Assembly: GCA_964550865.1 (NCBI GenBank) | Contig: CAZKCX010000002.1 | Span: forward strand, 1 to 38,580 | Source of the DNA: an uncultured Planctomycetales bacterium | GTDB lineage: Bacteria; Planctomycetota; Phycisphaerae; UBA1845; JAFGLZ01 | Length of the DNA: 38,580 nucleotides | Reading direction: 5' to 3' | Shown here: piece by piece, positions 36,190 through 38,580 of the stretch | Position numbering within the stretch: position 1 is the first letter of the stretch | How the letters are laid out: every line of letters begins with the position of its first letter | Translations under genes and position numbers: made by a program | The notes under the pieces: generated by a model | What the model was told of the DNA's origin: nothing | Seen by the model: the letters and a program-made list of their open reading frames with translations, nothing else | Databases searched by the model: none

Positions 36190-37194
36190 ATGACGACGCG
36201 GTCCACGAGACGGGAATGGCTCGAAGCCGCCTGTGGTCTGGCCGGGGTGGCCCTGCTCGGGAGGGACCCGAGTCCGGCCGACGCCACGGTCGCCAAGCCG
36301 CCGAGTGGGGAGGGCAAGCTCCTGCCCAAGTTTGACTACGCCAAGATCAAAAACCCCGTCTGGCGCCTTCCGAGGATGCACCTCCGCGATCCGGCCGCCT
36401 TGGTCCACAATGGAAAGGTCCATCTCTGGTTCACGTACTACGACCCGAAGAAACGGACATGGCATATCGGCCAGTCGGCGACCGAGGACTTTCTCAGCTT
36501 CGAGAAGATCCGCATCGTCTCGCCGAACGGCTATGCCTCTCCGGGCAACGTGATCCGCGTCGGTGAGGAGTGGATTCTGTGCTATCAGCAGTACCGCACG
36601 TTCCCGCACTACCTCTGTATCGCCCGCTCGAAGGACCTGAAGAACTGGTCCGAGCCGGAGAAGATCTTCAACACGGGCCCCGATAACCAGTGGAACATCG
36701 ACAAGCGAACGATCGATCCGTTGATCGTTCGTTGGAAGGACACCTTCTATTGCTACTATACGGGTTCGACTCGCTGGGGCCGGAAGTCAGGCCACAACCT
36801 GATCGGCGTCGCCGTCAGCAAGGACCTCAAGCAATGGAAGGACGCCTCGCCGGACAAGCCCGTCATCGGCGCGGACCGGCCGTACGAGCAGCCCGACGGC
36901 AACGAGAACAACTGGGTCCTTCGCCACGAGGGGCGTTGGTTCATGCTGTATTCGGCGAGCCTGCGACATCAGAAGATCGCCTATGCGCTGAGTGACGACC
37001 TGATCCACTGGGAGAAGAAAGGACTGTGCAACGTCAAGGCGTTCCCAGAGTCGAGCGAGCGCTTCGGCGCGCCGGTCGTGCTGGAGGGTCTCGGAGAGCC
37101 GGGGACGTACCACATGCTCTTCCAGGGCCAGGACAAGACGGGCCATATGAGTTTCCTCTTGCTCCAGAGCCGGAACCTCATCGACTGGGCGTGA
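36190..37194 (+). CDS. Tat-signal five-bladed beta-propeller glycoside hydrolase-like protein (GH43/GH32-type fold)
   Basis: Twin-arginine signal 'TRREWLEAACGLAGVALLG'. Repeated blade-like blocks 'RDPAALVHNGKVHLWFTYY', 'GNVIRVGEEWILCYQ', 'IDPLIVRWKDTFYCYYTG' and 'NNWVLRHEGRWFMLYSA', each followed by 'S.DL..W'. Confidence 0.65.
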   Translation: MTTRSTRREWLEAACGLAGVALLGRDPSPADATVAKPPSGEGKLLPKFDYAKIKNPVWRLPRMHLRDPAALVHNGKVHLWFTYYDPKKRTWHIGQSATEDFLSFEKIRIVSPNGYASPGNVIRVGEEWILCYQQYRTFPHYLCIARSKDLKNWSEPEKIFNTGPDNQWNIDKRTIDPLIVRWKDTFYCYYTGSTRWGRKSGHNLIGVAVSKDLKQWKDASPDKPVIGADRPYEQPDGNENNWVLRHEGRWFMLYSASLRHQKIAYALSDDLIHWEKKGLCNVKAFPESSERFGAPVVLEGLGEPGTYHMLFQGQDKTGHMSFLLLQSRNLIDWA

Positions 37195-37237
37195 GCTGCC
37201 TGCAAGAATCTTTGAACAGTCAGCGGAACTTGGGTGG

Positions 37238-37313
37238 CCCACCTCTTCACTTGTACCGAGCTTCGTCGAGGTAGAGGTGGGGGACACGAATTCGACCGGG
37301 GATTCGCGTCCCC
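37238..37313 (+). other. two adjacent strong stem-loops in the 285-nt spacer
   Basis: CCCACCTCT (37238-37246) pairs with AGAGGTGGG (37273-37281). GGGGACACGAAT (37280-37291) pairs with ATTCGCGTCCCC (37302-37313) with one A/C mismatch. A weak CCCG-GAGA-CGGG hairpin followed by GCTTTTCT follows at about 37359-37378. Confidence 0.5.
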
Positions 37314-37479
37314 AACGGCTCCTTCGGCTGCGCTCAGGACAAGTAGACCCATGGGCCACCCGGAGACGGGGCTTTTCTGACGCACTGTTCAGTCTTTCTT
37401 GGAGGTAGCTTAGCTTCGTCGACTGTCCCAATACCCTTGCTGGTAGCTTGGCGACGATACGAAAAGGAGACCGGTACTG

Positions 37480-38502
37480 ATGAAGGCCATTTGCGCGGAG
37501 GAACCGTTCCAGGTCGGCGTCGTCGACGTGCCCGAACCCCAGCGCAAACCGGGCTGGGCGCTGCTCGACGTCAAGGCCGTAGGCATCTGCGGCACCGATC
37601 TGCATGCCTATCGAGGCCTGCATCCCTTCCTGACGTACCCGCGCATCCTGGGCCATGAGCTGTCCGCCGAGATCGCTGAGATTGACGCCGCCGACGCGGA
37701 CTCCACCGGCCTGGCCGTCGGCGATCACGTCGCCGTCGAGCCGTACTTCCACTGTGGCGAGTGTCACATGTGCCGATCGGGTCGGAGCAATGCGTGCATG
37801 CACCTGGAGGTGCTTGGCGTGCATTGCGAAGGCGCGATGTGCGAGCGGATCGTGGCGCCCGCGAACAAGATCTATAAGGCGCCGGGGGCGTTGCCGGACG
37901 ACCTGCTTGCGCTGGTCGAGCCGATCAGTATCGGCGCCCACGGCGTGCGACGGGCGCGCGTCGCGTCGGGCGAGGCGGTGGCCGTCATTGGGGCCGGGCC
38001 GATCGGCATCTCGGCGATGCTGATGGCCCGCTTGGAGGGCGCACGGGTGGCCGTCGTCGACCTCGTGTCCGATCGGCTCGACCGCGCGAAGCGGCTCGGC
38101 GCCGAGTTGACCGTGCAGCCGGATGAGACGGACGCCGACGAGGCGCTGCGGGAGTTCTCTGATGGGCTCGGGCCGGACGCCATTATCGAGGCGGTCGGCC
38201 TGCCGGTGACGATCAAGCAGGCGCTCGACTGGACGCGTCCCGGCGGGCGGGTGGCCATTGTCGGCCAGAGCAACAAGCCGCTCGATTTCAGCTACGGCCC
38301 GATGATGAGGAAGGAGCTGGACGTGCTGGCCTCGCGGAACAGCGTGGGTGAGTTCCCGGGGATCCTGCAGGCCATGGTCGACGGACGGCTCGCGCCGCAG
38401 GAGATGATCACCCACCGCGTCGCCATCGACGACGTCCCCGCCGCCCTGGCAGAGATGCACGAACGACCCAGCGAGTATTGCAAGGCAATCGTGATGGTTT
38501 GA
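37480..38502 (+). CDS. zinc-dependent medium-chain alcohol/polyol dehydrogenase (MDR family)
   Basis: 'GICGTDLHAY', 'GHELSAE', the structural Zn loop 'CGECHMCRSGRSNAC' and the NAD motif 'VIGAGPIG'. AAAGGAGA lies 9 nt before the ATG. Confidence 0.9.
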   Translation: MKAICAEEPFQVGVVDVPEPQRKPGWALLDVKAVGICGTDLHAYRGLHPFLTYPRILGHELSAEIAEIDAADADSTGLAVGDHVAVEPYFHCGECHMCRSGRSNACMHLEVLGVHCEGAMCERIVAPANKIYKAPGALPDDLLALVEPISIGAHGVRRARVASGEAVAVIGAGPIGISAMLMARLEGARVAVVDLVSDRLDRAKRLGAELTVQPDETDADEALREFSDGLGPDAIIEAVGLPVTIKQALDWTRPGGRVAIVGQSNKPLDFSYGPMMRKELDVLASRNSVGEFPGILQAMVDGRLAPQEMITHRVAIDDVPAALAEMHERPSEYCKAIVMV

Positions 38503-38526
38503 AAAAGGGGGACAGGCTACTTTTCT
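38503..38526 (+). repeat. third copy of the AAAAGGGGGACAGGCTACTTTTCT repeat core
   Basis: A 24-nt identity with 32381-32404, starting 1 nt after the dehydrogenase stop codon. Confidence 0.9.
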
Positions 38527-38527
38527 A

Positions 38528-38553
38528 GACGCCCCCCTCAGAACGGGGGCGTC
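38528..38553 (+). terminator. GC-rich hairpin following the repeat copy (terminator-like, no T tract)
   Basis: GACGCCCCC (38528-38536) pairs with GGGGGCGTC (38545-38553) around an 8-nt loop, with no U-run afterwards. Confidence 0.35.
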
Positions 38554-38580
38554 ACCGACTCGGAGCCAACTGGGGACCAG

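Noticed and set aside
36787-38460. 557-aa minus-strand ORF opposite the dehydrogenase gene and the end of the GH-like gene
   Set aside because: It is a shadow ORF. The plus strand encodes a textbook MDR dehydrogenase.
1-38580. Search for tRNA, rRNA, CRISPR arrays, integrases or transposases
   Set aside because: No GTTCGAATC-type T-arm context occurs outside coding regions. I found no regularly spaced direct repeats, and no ORF has recombinase or transposase motifs.

Overview
GC-rich bacterial chromosomal window. Gene content (heparinase-like, GT-C/TPR, SGNH, cyclophilin lipoprotein) suggests a PVC/Planctomycetota-like organism, but that is inference only. I support about 30 protein-coding genes and found no rRNA, tRNA, CRISPR array or transposase. 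Housekeeping genes: purH, nadC, two tandem cyclophilin PPIases. Carbohydrate and envelope genes: a secreted heparinase II/III-like protein, a GNAT, an SGNH hydrolase, a Gfo/Idh/MocA oxidoreductase, an NPP-type phosphodiesterase coupled to a TIM-barrel glycosidase, a Tat-signal beta-propeller glycosidase, and a Zn-dependent dehydrogenase. Other genes: a DUF433/DUF5615 toxin-antitoxin-like pair in a lower-GC islet, a bacterial homologue of the eukaryotic GTDC1/DUF3524 glycosyltransferase, an overlapping AAA+ (ChlI/MoxR-like)/VWA pair, and cheW plus a chemoreceptor. The best candidate for an undescribed system is at 19790-27299 on the minus strand. It is a tandem duplication of a two-gene module: a B12-binding-domain radical SAM enzyme translationally coupled by out-of-frame stop/start overlap to a GT39/PMT-like GT-C membrane glycosyltransferase with a C-terminal TPR-like helical-repeat region. 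The array sits behind a near-consensus sigma70-type promoter and a roughly 215-nt GC-rich leader. Two further unusual items: a chemoreceptor whose predicted periplasmic sensor carries three tandem complete CZB (3His/1Cys zinc-binding) motifs, and a 24-30 nt dispersed repeat that forms a perfect 30-bp inverted pair between convergent genes and recurs directly after another stop codon. Many long ORFs in the track are antisense shadows typical of high-GC DNA and were rejected.
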